The notes under the pieces: generated by a model
The model's input: the letters and a program-made list of their open reading frames with translations, nothing else
The model's database searches: none
Told to the model about the DNA's origin: nothing
Origin: an uncultured Gammaproteobacteria bacterium
GTDB taxonomy: Bacteria > Patescibacteriota > Microgenomatia > Levybacterales > GWA1-39-11
Assembly: GCA_964472415.1 (NCBI GenBank)
Contig: CAYYLC010000003.1
Location: 96,075-160,074 of the forward strand
Length of the DNA: 64,000 nucleotides
Direction of reading: 5' to 3'
Translations under genes and position numbers: made by a program
Shown here: positions 52,128-60,682 of the stretch, in pieces
Layout: the number at the start of each line of letters is the position of its first letter
Position numbering within the stretch: the first letter of the stretch is position 1

Positions 52128-52139
52128 ATTTCTTAATAG

Positions 52140-52165
52140 TTTTAATCATAATGATGGAATTCATC
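52140..52165 (+). repeat. Island junction motif, copy C
   Basis: TTTTAATCATAATGATGGAATTCATC. Confidence 0.75.
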
Positions 52166-52207
52166 CTGTCATTTGAGATACTATTGAATAAGTAAGGAGG
52201 TGAAAGT

Positions 52208-52396
52208 ATGAATTTTAAGAAATTTGACATGATAGATATTGGATTCACTAAGCTTTCGGTTATGTGTTTCACTTTATTTGCTGTTTCTGCATTTCCAGGA
52301 CTCGCTGAATGGATCACAAACACATCTTGGATGCTATTTCTAGTCGTGAGCCTAGTATTTGCCATCAAACCAGTTATGAAGGTATTCAAGAAGTAG
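52208..52396 (+). CDS. Small 2-TM membrane protein
   Basis: TAAGGAGGTG RBS; 62 aa, hydrophobic. Confidence 0.75.
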   Translation: MNFKKFDMIDIGFTKLSVMCFTLFAVSAFPGLAEWITNTSWMLFLVVSLVFAIKPVMKVFKK

Positions 52397-52419
52397 TTTT
52401 AATCAGAAATGATGAAATT
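52397..52419 (+). repeat. Island junction motif, copy D
   Basis: TTTTAATCAGAAATGATGAAATT directly after a TAG stop. Confidence 0.75.
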
Positions 52420-52452
52420 GAACTGGTTTTGATATACTTTCATTATTAACAA

Positions 52453-53334
52453 ATGAAATTATCTAAGTATCAGCTACCTATTTTCTTCTTCCTTGCTTTT
52501 GCCATCACTTGGACTGCGCAAATCACAGCATATTTATATGCATTTCCAAACGACATAAATCTTACCAATGAATCCAATTTCCTAAATTTTGTGAATATTG
52601 GCGGTTTGCCGCCTGGCTTTCTTCCATACTTGCTTCTTTTCTCCTTCTCTTTCGGGCCAACGGTTGCTGGAATCATTGTTACTTACTGGTTTTATGGCAA
52701 TAAAGGCATGCGAGGAATACTTGATCAACTATTCGCGATTAGATTGCCTGGTAAATGGTATTTATTGGCAATAACAATTCCAGTTGGACTTGTACTTGCA
52801 AGCCTTTTGCTAGGCTTTGTCTTAAGTGGCTTTCAGTCAATTCAGTATGAGTTTCTTGTTCCATTGTCTCTATTTATTCCATTCTTCCTGTATATGACTA
52901 TATTTACAGGACTTGCGGAGGAAGTTGGTTGGCGAGGATATGCGCTTCCACAGCTTCAAAAAAAATATACTGCTGAGAAAGCAAGCTGGATATTAGGTAT
53001 TGCATGGGGACTTTGGCATTTACCTGTAAATCTGATGGTGCCATTTCTGTCAGGCAATTTACAAATACCATATATTGTGATGATCCTACTCGCGTTAACT
53101 CTTGGTATTGCAGGTTGGACAATTGTCCTTACATGGTTTTATAACAACACAAAGAGTCTCTTTCTCATCATATTCATTCATGGATTTATGAATACACTTC
53201 AGTCATATCTCATATTGTCCTCTAACAATCAGATTGCACCTATGCTTTATGGCATACTGCCATGGATAGTAGCAACATATCTTTTGAAAAAGTACGGAGG
53301 TAAGACACTATTGGTTCCTTCGAATAAACAGTGA
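52453..53334 (+). CDS. CPBP (CAAX/Abi) intramembrane metalloprotease
   Basis: EEVGWRGY, WGLWH, H..MN motifs. Confidence 0.9.
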   Translation: MKLSKYQLPIFFFLAFAITWTAQITAYLYAFPNDINLTNESNFLNFVNIGGLPPGFLPYLLLFSFSFGPTVAGIIVTYWFYGNKGMRGILDQLFAIRLPGKWYLLAITIPVGLVLASLLLGFVLSGFQSIQYEFLVPLSLFIPFFLYMTIFTGLAEEVGWRGYALPQLQKKYTAEKASWILGIAWGLWHLPVNLMVPFLSGNLQIPYIVMILLALTLGIAGWTIVLTWFYNNTKSLFLIIFIHGFMNTLQSYLILSSNNQIAPMLYGILPWIVATYLLKKYGGKTLLVPSNKQ

Positions 53335-53346
53335 AATTCAATAACT

Positions 53347-53802
53347 ATGAATATAAAAAGCCTTTGGAGTAAAATAAACAGTCGATTACAGAAACAGTGG
53401 ATTGCGTGCAGACTGGTATCAGATAGGAAAAGTGTTCAATATGGCATTCGCTTTAGCTATCCGCTCTTCATAGCAATTGTATTAATAAGTATATTTCTGG
53501 AAAATCCTTTTATATTACTATTTGCTGCTCTGATTGCTTTTTTTGGCATGAAATTACCATTACATCCTTTTGACTATGTTTATAGCTATGGAATTGCGAA
53601 GCTAATAGGAGTTAATAAAATACCTGGTAGAGGATCAGAGTTGCAGGTTAACAGTATTGTGGCGCTTATATTTACCTTGTTTGTAAGTGTTTTGATACTT
53701 TTTAGAGTTCCAATCAATTATTCTATGCTTGCTATTATTTATCTTGTGAGCAATATCTTCATACTTGGAATGTTCTTGATAAAGAAGGATTCAAGGAAGT
53801 AA
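53347..53802 (+). CDS. Membrane protein (DUF4395-like)
   Basis: Four hydrophobic segments; HPFDYVYSYGI motif. Confidence 0.6.
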   Translation: MNIKSLWSKINSRLQKQWIACRLVSDRKSVQYGIRFSYPLFIAIVLISIFLENPFILLFAALIAFFGMKLPLHPFDYVYSYGIAKLIGVNKIPGRGSELQVNSIVALIFTLFVSVLILFRVPINYSMLAIIYLVSNIFILGMFLIKKDSRK

Positions 53803-53815
53803 TAAACCAAGTCGC

Positions 53816-53910
53816 TTTTAATCAGCAGTGATGGAATTCATCAAAAACTAGGCTGAAAAGCAGGTTGGAATGGTTGTTTTGTATTGATAAAATAGGTTCT
53901 AACAGCGTCT
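53816..53910 (+). repeat. Junction motif copy E plus 42-bp direct repeat, left copy (53869-53910)
   Basis: TTTTAATCAGCAGTGATGGAATTCATC; AATGGTTGTTTTGTATTGATAAAATAGGTTCTAACAGCGTCT. Confidence 0.8.
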
Positions 53911-53974
53911 ACTAGACACAGCTGAGTAAGCTTTCAAGCCTTGGTTACATTTGGCTAATCTAAAGAGGCATACT

Positions 53975-55924
53975 TTAACATCCTACCCTTAGTACTTGCC
54001 CTATGTTAAGAAGCGTAGAGCTTAGGTTATTTTTCTGCATTAAATCTGAGTATTTGGTACCTGATTCTAGGTTTTGGGAGGCGATAGTCCACAGATTGTC
54101 TCCTGGCTGCACCACATAATCCTGACATTCTTTTACAGACACTGTCGTTGCTTCCAGATCACCATTTCCACTGCCTGCATTAGTTACTCGTCTAGGAAAT
54201 ACAGACAAAATTCTCGATACAAAGTTTTTGTAATACGATGTTGCTTTTGATGACGAGTTACTCGTTGTTGCTGTCATTGTATTTCCCCACTCTCCAGGCA
54301 TGCAGCCGTTGCCACCTCTGACTACGAATGAATACTTAGAATTAGGAGATAAGGCATTAACAGTATACGAAAGCACTCCATTTGATACTCCTGTTTCAAA
54401 CTCTACTCCATACATATTAGTACTTTCTCCATTCCCATAAGCGATGAAGTACTTATGTGCATCTGATATAGGTGCAAAGTAAAGAGTGGCTTGTGTATTA
54501 TTCGTATCTATTTGGAAAAGATTAGGTGTGTTCAGTGGCCTAGTATCTGCGCACGTTGGAGCTGATGGTGAGGAAATGTCAGGTGACGAATTAGTGTTGT
54601 TTGATTGTAGTATAGGTTTGGGTGTAGGTGTACTGGTAGGTTCAGGTGTGGGAGTATTTGTCGGAGTTAGCGTTGGAGATGGAGTACCGGTTGGCGTTGG
54701 CGTCGGAGAATTTGTCGGTGTTGGGGTAGGTGTATTGGTTGGAGTTGGTGTGGGAGTAGTCTCAGGAGCGTCCTCTTCCAATGCAAATTTCAGATTGTTG
54801 TTGGTATTATCATAGTAGCTGATTCTGGCAAACCCGTCACTGCCCACCGCCAGAGAAGCGGGCAACCCTACATCTCCGTCTGCATCAACAATGCTGGTTT
54901 CTTTCTGTGTACAGTCATCATTAGCACATCTAATAAACTTGAGATCAGAGTTAGTATGATCTCGATAAGCTATCCTTGCATAGCCATCATCTCCTACTGC
55001 AATGGACGTATGTAGCCCTACAAATCCGTCTGAATCAAGGGTTGCAATATTACTTTCTGAACAATCAGCATTGGTGCATTGTGCAAATTTGAGATCGCCA
55101 TTTGTCCCATCATAGTAGCTGATTTTAGCAAAACCGTCACTGCCCATGGCAAGGGAAAGATGCGATCCTACGCCTCCTGAGTCAACAGTGGAGACATTTT
55201 TATTTGAACAATCGGCATTGGTGCATTGTAAAAATTTGAAATCATCAGTTATCTCATCGTAGTAGCTGATTCTGGCAAAACCGTCACTGTTCAAGGCAAG
55301 GGAGGAATAATATGGGTACGCACCTGAGTCAAGGGTTGCAACGTTACTTTCTGAACAATCGGCATTGGTGCACTGAGCAAACATCAATAGAGTATTCATG
55401 AATTCAAAATACAGAATCCGCGCAAAGCCGTCACTGCCCATGGCAATGGAAGGGTACCACTCCGTATTACGTTCAGGATCTATGGCGGTGACAGACTTTG
55501 ATGAACAATCGGCATTAGTACACGCGATTAAATACATCTCTTCAAATATAGATTTAGAATAGACGATCCGAGCAAATCCATCGTTACCCATGGCGAGGGA
55601 GTTATTTTGGACCTGTAATAACCCGCCCGTGTCAAACCACGATAATCCTGTGGCAACCGTGGTGATATTTTTTTCTGAACAATCGGCATTGGTGCACTGA
55701 ACAAATTTCAGCTCAGCAGTAACAAAGTCAGTATAGACGATCCGAGCAAATCCATCGTTACCCATGGCGAGGGAAATATCTTCTCCTATATCGCTAACCG
55801 AGTCAACAGCTTCAATTTTCCAGGCACTGGCGGCATTGACCGGCTGCGTAGGTAGAAACGAAGTACTCAAAAGTGAGATGAGAAAGAATGCTATGGTGAA
55901 AATGCTGAATAATTTTTTTTGCAT
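53975..55924 (-). CDS. Secreted surface protein: 7 tandem repeats (propeller-like), Pro/Thr linker, FN3-like domain, LysM
   Basis: Signal peptide; 7x DG[FY]A[RK]I.Y, 6x CxNxDC; (TP)n linker; YVVQPGDNLWTIA...NNL...L.IGQVL. Confidence 0.88.
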   Translation of the reverse strand: MQKKLFSIFTIAFFLISLLSTSFLPTQPVNAASAWKIEAVDSVSDIGEDISLAMGNDGFARIVYTDFVTAELKFVQCTNADCSEKNITTVATGLSWFDTGGLLQVQNNSLAMGNDGFARIVYSKSIFEEMYLIACTNADCSSKSVTAIDPERNTEWYPSIAMGSDGFARILYFEFMNTLLMFAQCTNADCSESNVATLDSGAYPYYSSLALNSDGFARISYYDEITDDFKFLQCTNADCSNKNVSTVDSGGVGSHLSLAMGSDGFAKISYYDGTNGDLKFAQCTNADCSESNIATLDSDGFVGLHTSIAVGDDGYARIAYRDHTNSDLKFIRCANDDCTQKETSIVDADGDVGLPASLAVGSDGFARISYYDNTNNNLKFALEEDAPETTPTPTPTNTPTPTPTNSPTPTPTGTPSPTLTPTNTPTPEPTSTPTPKPILQSNNTNSSPDISSPSAPTCADTRPLNTPNLFQIDTNNTQATLYFAPISDAHKYFIAYGNGESTNMYGVEFETGVSNGVLSYTVNALSPNSKYSFVVRGGNGCMPGEWGNTMTATTSNSSSKATSYYKNFVSRILSVFPRRVTNAGSGNGDLEATTVSVKECQDYVVQPGDNLWTIASQNLESGTKYSDLMQKNNLSSTLLNIGQVLRVGC

Positions 55925-56012
55925 AGCATAAAGGATGACTCATATTAAGTCTAACGATTATCACGTTTTTGAGTCAACCTTTTCAGGCAAATAAGCTAAT
56001 AAAAGGGACATC

Positions 56013-56090
56013 ATCAGGAACGATGGAAACCAAAAGAATACTCACAAAAATGGTTGTTTCATATTGATAAAATAGGTTCTAACACTGTCT
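56013..56090 (+). repeat. Junction motif copy F (degenerate) plus 42-bp direct repeat, right copy (56049-56090)
   Basis: ATCAGGAACGATGGAA; AATGGTTGTTTCATATTGATAAAATAGGTTCTAACACTGTCT, 38/42 identical to the left copy. Confidence 0.8.
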
Positions 56091-56276
56091 GCCAAGCACA
56101 ACAAAGCCCATCAACACCGCTGCTGTTTGTAATTTACGATACTGAAAAACTTCTGGAAATAGAATAGAATCATTCCATGACTACTTTTTCCTATTTATTA
56201 TAGGTAGCTTATTGTTACTCGTGTTTTTAATCTATCTATCATATTTCTAAATAGATAAATTAAGGAGGTGATACAT

Positions 56277-56660
56277 ATGACAGGATACACAATTAATATA
56301 AAAGAAAAAACCTTACAGAACGAAAATTTTCGTGAAGTTTTGCATACCTCACGATATAGTCAGTTGGTAGTAATGAGCCTTTTGCCAAATGAAGAGATTG
56401 GTATGGAGGTGCATGACGTTGTTGATCAATTTATACGCATTGAACAAGGAGAAGCAAAGGCAATTTTAAATGGAGAAGAATTTGTGTTCTCAGACGGCAT
56501 GGCAATAGTTGTTCCAGCAGGAGCTGAGCATAATATCATTAATACATCTTCTGAGAATAAGCTCAAGCTTTATACTATTTATAGTCCGGCTGATCATAGA
56601 GATAAAACTATACACAAGACAAAGCAGGATGCACTAAGTGACGAACACGATCATGTATAA
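56277..56660 (+). CDS. Cupin domain protein
   Basis: EIGMEVH..VDQFIRIEQG, VPAGAEHN; AGGAGGTG RBS. Confidence 0.9.
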   Translation: MTGYTINIKEKTLQNENFREVLHTSRYSQLVVMSLLPNEEIGMEVHDVVDQFIRIEQGEAKAILNGEEFVFSDGMAIVVPAGAEHNIINTSSENKLKLYTIYSPADHRDKTIHKTKQDALSDEHDHV

Positions 56661-56716
56661 AAGCTAACTTTTGAGAGTATTGTTAAGATTGAGTCGGGTT
56701 TCTGTTGCTGTTTTTT

Positions 56717-57028
56717 CTACTGGATATCTTTTCGCTTGCTGAGTACATGTCGGACTGAAGGGCTAATCTTTTTGTCAGTTCGATGAATACAGCCGATCCA
56801 ACAACAAGGCCTCCGTTTTCCTTCCTTTAGCTCTCTAATTGTTCTTTTAACGTGCTCATCGCGTGTTTCTTGCTTTTTTACAAAAGTAACCCAGCATATC
56901 CACTCATTACGCGCGAGTGGCGTAAGACTTTCCCATGCAGTGAGTGCTTTTATATCAGACCTTAGCGCTTTCTGTAGATCTGAAGGTGCTTTGTGTGCAA
57001 CGCCGTTTGAGATGTCTGTATTATTCAT
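56717..57028 (-). CDS. YdeI/OmpD-associated family protein
   Basis: PSDLQKAL...WESLTPLARNEWICWV...KKQETR...RRPCCW.GC.HR. Confidence 0.85.
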   Translation of the reverse strand: MNNTDISNGVAHKAPSDLQKALRSDIKALTAWESLTPLARNEWICWVTFVKKQETRDEHVKRTIRELKEGKRRPCCWIGCIHRTDKKISPSVRHVLSKRKDIQ

Positions 57029-57165
57029 AAAATTGTTTTAAGCTATATCACGCTTTTTTTATAATACCGTTGAGTAGATTTCAGCGTACAGATTCGATGT
57101 TTTTCCGGAAATCTTGTTTCATGACAGTTTTTATTTTACCATAGGATAGCGAGAGGTTTTTATAT

Positions 57166-57516
57166 ATGATACTTTTGAAACGAATTTACGAGAAGGCAGA
57201 GAAAAACGATGGATATAGAATACTTGTTGATAGATTGTGGCCCCGCGGAGTTTCTCGAGAGAACGCAAAAATTGACTTGTGGTTAAAGGAAGTTGCGCCT
57301 AGTGATAGTTTGCGCAAATGGTTCAATCATGATGTAGATAAATGGAGTGAATTTAAAAAGAAATACAGGGAAGAACTTAAGAAAAACAATAGTTTTTTTG
57401 AAGAATTGCAAGCCTACCAAAAGAAGCACAAAGTCATTACATTGCTCTATGGTGCAAAAGATACTTCACATAATCAAGCAATAATCCTTCAGGAATTATT
57501 GGAAAAAGAATCATAG
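57166..57516 (+). CDS. DUF488/YeaO family protein
   Basis: KRIYE..DGYRILVDRLWPRG, WLKEVAPS..LRKWF.H. Confidence 0.9.
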   Translation: MILLKRIYEKAEKNDGYRILVDRLWPRGVSRENAKIDLWLKEVAPSDSLRKWFNHDVDKWSEFKKKYREELKKNNSFFEELQAYQKKHKVITLLYGAKDTSHNQAIILQELLEKES

Positions 57517-57661
57517 TTTCGTAAAAATATGGGGATTTATCGTTCAGCTATTAACGCATTATTTTCTTGATAACCTTAAAAAGGCATATCGCACACATTT
57601 TTTTGTGTTAGGTGCTTTTTAGTCATTTGATAGTTTAGGTAAATATCCCTTATACTTTTGT

Positions 57662-58729
57662 GTGATGCCTGATTCTCATTTATTGTTGAAATCTATAAAG
57701 GACGCATTTCTCATAGATTTGTCTGCTTCTGCAAAAGGAGAAAAAACCTCTCTTGTATTTGAAAAAACTATTTTTCCTGATTCTCAAACTAGAAAAGAAG
57801 AAGCTATTCAGGTGATGGTAATTGGTGGGACAAACTTCTCTGAAGCATTAGTAGAAAAGGCTGAGGATATGAGAGTACGAGAGTTTAGTGAGCAGAAAGA
57901 ATTTCAGATGTTTAGAAGTGCAGATGATATATTTTCTTTAATTCTAGAAAACCTTCGACCAGATATTTCTCACCTTGCAATAAATTTTGCCTATCCTATG
58001 AAAAACGTTATGCGGAAAGGTAGAATTGATGGGATTCTTACAAAAGAAGTGAAGGGGCATGCGTTTAAAGATGCTTTGGGAAAACCTCTAGGTGCACAGA
58101 TAGAAAATTTTATTTTTCAAAAAACGCAGCGAGTCATAAAGATTGCGGTAGCAAATGACGCATTGTGCCTTCTTCTTTCTGGTCTGTCTTCTGCACCTCG
58201 TGATCAATTAGTAGGAGTAGTTGTGGGTACTGGTTATAATATGGGATTTTTTCTTGATAAGGACACAATGGTGAATTTAGAAGCAGGACGATTTGATCAG
58301 TTTCCTGCAAGTGAGTCGGGAAAAATGATAATGCGTGATATCCATTCTAGTGTATTAAGAAAGTTTGAGATGGAAGTTTCCGGTGCATATCTATATCGTC
58401 ATTTTAATTATTTAGTACTCAATAATGCGGTTGCTCATAAAAAAATTAGTTCTACTTATGAGCTTTTCCAAATAGCATTTGGAGAGAGAGATGCAGTTCA
58501 GGAAATCGCCTACACACTGATAAAGCGTTCTGCTGGATTTGTAGCAGCTCAAATTTCTGGAATGGCAGAGTTTAAGAATTCTGACATAGCAGTAATATTT
58601 GAAGGGAGTCTTCTTACGCAGCAATATGTAAATATGATGAGTGAGGTTATCCCTGAATTAACAAAATTCACAGTTCATTTTTACAAAATAAAAGATAGTT
58701 CAATTGTTGGCGGTGCCAATCTTCTCTAG
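57662..58729 (+). CDS. Hexokinase-family sugar kinase
   Basis: GGTNF, NFAYP, VANDA, VVGTGYN, NLEAG, VSGAYL, EGSL. Confidence 0.78.
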   Translation: MMPDSHLLLKSIKDAFLIDLSASAKGEKTSLVFEKTIFPDSQTRKEEAIQVMVIGGTNFSEALVEKAEDMRVREFSEQKEFQMFRSADDIFSLILENLRPDISHLAINFAYPMKNVMRKGRIDGILTKEVKGHAFKDALGKPLGAQIENFIFQKTQRVIKIAVANDALCLLLSGLSSAPRDQLVGVVVGTGYNMGFFLDKDTMVNLEAGRFDQFPASESGKMIMRDIHSSVLRKFEMEVSGAYLYRHFNYLVLNNAVAHKKISSTYELFQIAFGERDAVQEIAYTLIKRSAGFVAAQISGMAEFKNSDIAVIFEGSLLTQQYVNMMSEVIPELTKFTVHFYKIKDSSIVGGANLL

Positions 58730-58743
58730 GGAGATTTGGAGAC

Positions 58744-58911
58744 TTACGCTGCATCCCGCTCGCCTTCTGCTGGAGGTGCACTCATCATATCTTGCTCATC
58801 TTCTGTAGCGCCGACTTCTTCTGCACTACTCTCTGGATGTGCTCTCTTGTGATGTGTTGCGTGTTCTTCTTCGGTTGAAAATTCTGCTCCGCAATTCGGA
58901 CATTTAACCAT
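58744..58911 (-). CDS. Small C2H2 zinc-finger protein with acidic tail (55 aa)
   Basis: Manual translation MVKCPNCGAEFSTEEEHATHHKRAHPESSAEEVGATEDEQDMMSAPPAEGERDAA; AAGGAGGGAGG RBS. Confidence 0.75.
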   Translation of the reverse strand: MVKCPNCGAEFSTEEEHATHHKRAHPESSAEEVGATEDEQDMMSAPPAEGERDAA

Positions 58912-59043
58912 ATTGTTTATATACCTCCCTCCTTTCTTAAAAGATTCTCTTTATTCTAAATATGCAGGATGAAAATTTCATAAACATACGGGGATAGTTT
59001 TGTAAGAGCGTTTTTTTAATATGTATTTCCATGGTATAAAGGA

Positions 59044-60648
59044 GTGGTACAGTTTATGGAGTCTGATTGGAAACTAAATTCAGTTATTTATCAAATTTAC
59101 CCCAGAACCTTTCAAGATAGTAATAATGATGGGATTGGGGATCTGCCGGGAATAATTTCTCGCCTCGATTATATAAAAAATTTGGGAGTGACTGCGATAT
59201 GGCTTTCCCCAATTTATCGCTCTCCACAGATAGACTTTGGATATGATGTTTCTGATTATAAAGATATTGACCCGATCTTTGGAACGCTTGCAGATTTTGA
59301 ACGTTTAGTACAGGAGTGTAAAGAGCGAAAACTCCAGATTTTAATGGACTATATTCCAAATCATACGTCATCTCAGCATCCCTGGTTTCAAGAATCTCGG
59401 AGTTCAAAAAATAATCTTAAGAGTGACTGGTATATCTGGGGAGATGCAGGAAGAAATGGTGAGGCGCCTAACAATTGGCTTTCAGTGTTTGGGGGATCTG
59501 CTTGGGAATTTGATGAAGCTCGTCAGCAGTATTATTTGCATACATTTGATAAATCACAACCAGATCTAAACTGGCGAAATCCGGATGTGCAAGAGGAAAT
59601 GTTTGATGTCCTCAGGTTTTGGATGGATAAAGGTGTTGATGGATTTCGAGTTGATGTGCCCTACCATATCTTTAAAGATCCATTACTTCGTGACGAATCT
59701 CCGAATCCCGACTATGCGGAGGGGGTGCATAATTTCTTTAATAGTTTGCACCATGTTCACACAGCGTGGCTTCCAGAGTCTATGGAGATGATGAGGCAAT
59801 TTGCGGAAGTTTTGCAAGAATATAAAAATAAATTTATGGTAGCAGAGGCTTGGGGAGAGATCTCTGACTTGATAAAGTTATCCAACACAGTAGGATGGAG
59901 ATATTTTGTGCCATTTAATTTCTCACTGATCACACTCCCCTGGCGCGCTGATGTGCATAAAGAATTTATTGATATGTACGATTCTGAATTGGGAGGTGGA
60001 TATCTTCCTTGTTATGTTTTAGGGAATCATGATACGTCGCGTATTGCCTCTAGAGTCGGGCAAAAGCAAGCGCGTGTAGGAGCGCTTCTTCAGTTGACAT
60101 TACGGGGGCTTCCATTTATTTATAATGGTGAGGAATTGGGGATGATAGACGGAGAAATTTCAAGAGAAATGATAAAGGACATTTTTGAAATAAATTCTCC
60201 CGGACTTGGTTTAGGGCGCGATCCGCAAAGAACTCCTATGCAGTGGGATGATACAAATAATGCCGGTTTTTCTACCCATATTCCATGGCTTCCTGTGGGG
60301 AGTAGTTATAGGTTCATCAATGTAAAAACTCAGGAAGAGGATCCCCATTCTATGCTCTCTCTTTATAAGCTTCTTATACATATAAGGAACCAGCATGGAG
60401 CTTTACGTGAGGGAAACTATGTAAAAATTCCACAACCACAGAAAGATATTTTTGCATTTATTCGTGAAAAAGATGCAAGCAGAGTTTTAGTGCTTGCGAA
60501 CTTTTCGAAGAAAAATATATCCATTTCTCTTGATTTTCATAAAGCACGAATGATTTGCAATACATCTTTGACTGGATTGCAGGAATCGGTTGACTTAAAT
60601 AATTTTATTGTAAAAGCGGATGAGGGGTATGTTTTTGTTCTTGAATAA
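59044..60648 (+). CDS. GH13 alpha-glucosidase / oligo-1,6-glucosidase family (start may be ATG 59056)
   Basis: YQIYPRTF, PNHTS, QPDLNW, GFRVDV, VAE, GNHD. Confidence 0.9.
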   Translation: MVQFMESDWKLNSVIYQIYPRTFQDSNNDGIGDLPGIISRLDYIKNLGVTAIWLSPIYRSPQIDFGYDVSDYKDIDPIFGTLADFERLVQECKERKLQILMDYIPNHTSSQHPWFQESRSSKNNLKSDWYIWGDAGRNGEAPNNWLSVFGGSAWEFDEARQQYYLHTFDKSQPDLNWRNPDVQEEMFDVLRFWMDKGVDGFRVDVPYHIFKDPLLRDESPNPDYAEGVHNFFNSLHHVHTAWLPESMEMMRQFAEVLQEYKNKFMVAEAWGEISDLIKLSNTVGWRYFVPFNFSLITLPWRADVHKEFIDMYDSELGGGYLPCYVLGNHDTSRIASRVGQKQARVGALLQLTLRGLPFIYNGEELGMIDGEISREMIKDIFEINSPGLGLGRDPQRTPMQWDDTNNAGFSTHIPWLPVGSSYRFINVKTQEEDPHSMLSLYKLLIHIRNQHGALREGNYVKIPQPQKDIFAFIREKDASRVLVLANFSKKNISISLDFHKARMICNTSLTGLQESVDLNNFIVKADEGYVFVLE

Positions 60649-60682
60649 TTGTCCGCATGGTAGAATGACTGCGGTATAAATG

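Larger units (their letters stand above)
42727..56090. mobile_element. tRNA-Gln-associated genomic island with a large serine recombinase (right boundary approximate)
   Basis: Recombinase abuts the tRNA; HTH/excisionase-like genes, defence cargo and a repeated intergenic motif ending near 56.09 kb; no attR copy of the tRNA end found by eye. Confidence 0.75.

Noticed and set aside
54486-54815. Gly/Val-repeat ORF on the + strand
   Set aside because: Antisense shadow of the Pro/Thr linker of the LysM protein.
54780-55790. Near-identical DNA repeats in the LysM gene as a diversity-generating retroelement TR/VR pair
   Set aside because: The repeats are in-frame protein repeats, differences are not confined to adenines, and no reverse transcriptase is present in the window.
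52140-56090. Junction motifs as classical integron attC sites
   Set aside because: No RYYYAAC...GTTRRRY core pair around the motif and no IntI tyrosine integrase; the only recombinase is serine-type.
42727-56175. ATGATTCTA just after tRNA-Gln versus inverted TAGAATCAT at about 56165 as island terminal repeats
   Set aside because: Only about 9 bp and AT-rich; could easily be chance, so it was not used to set the boundary.
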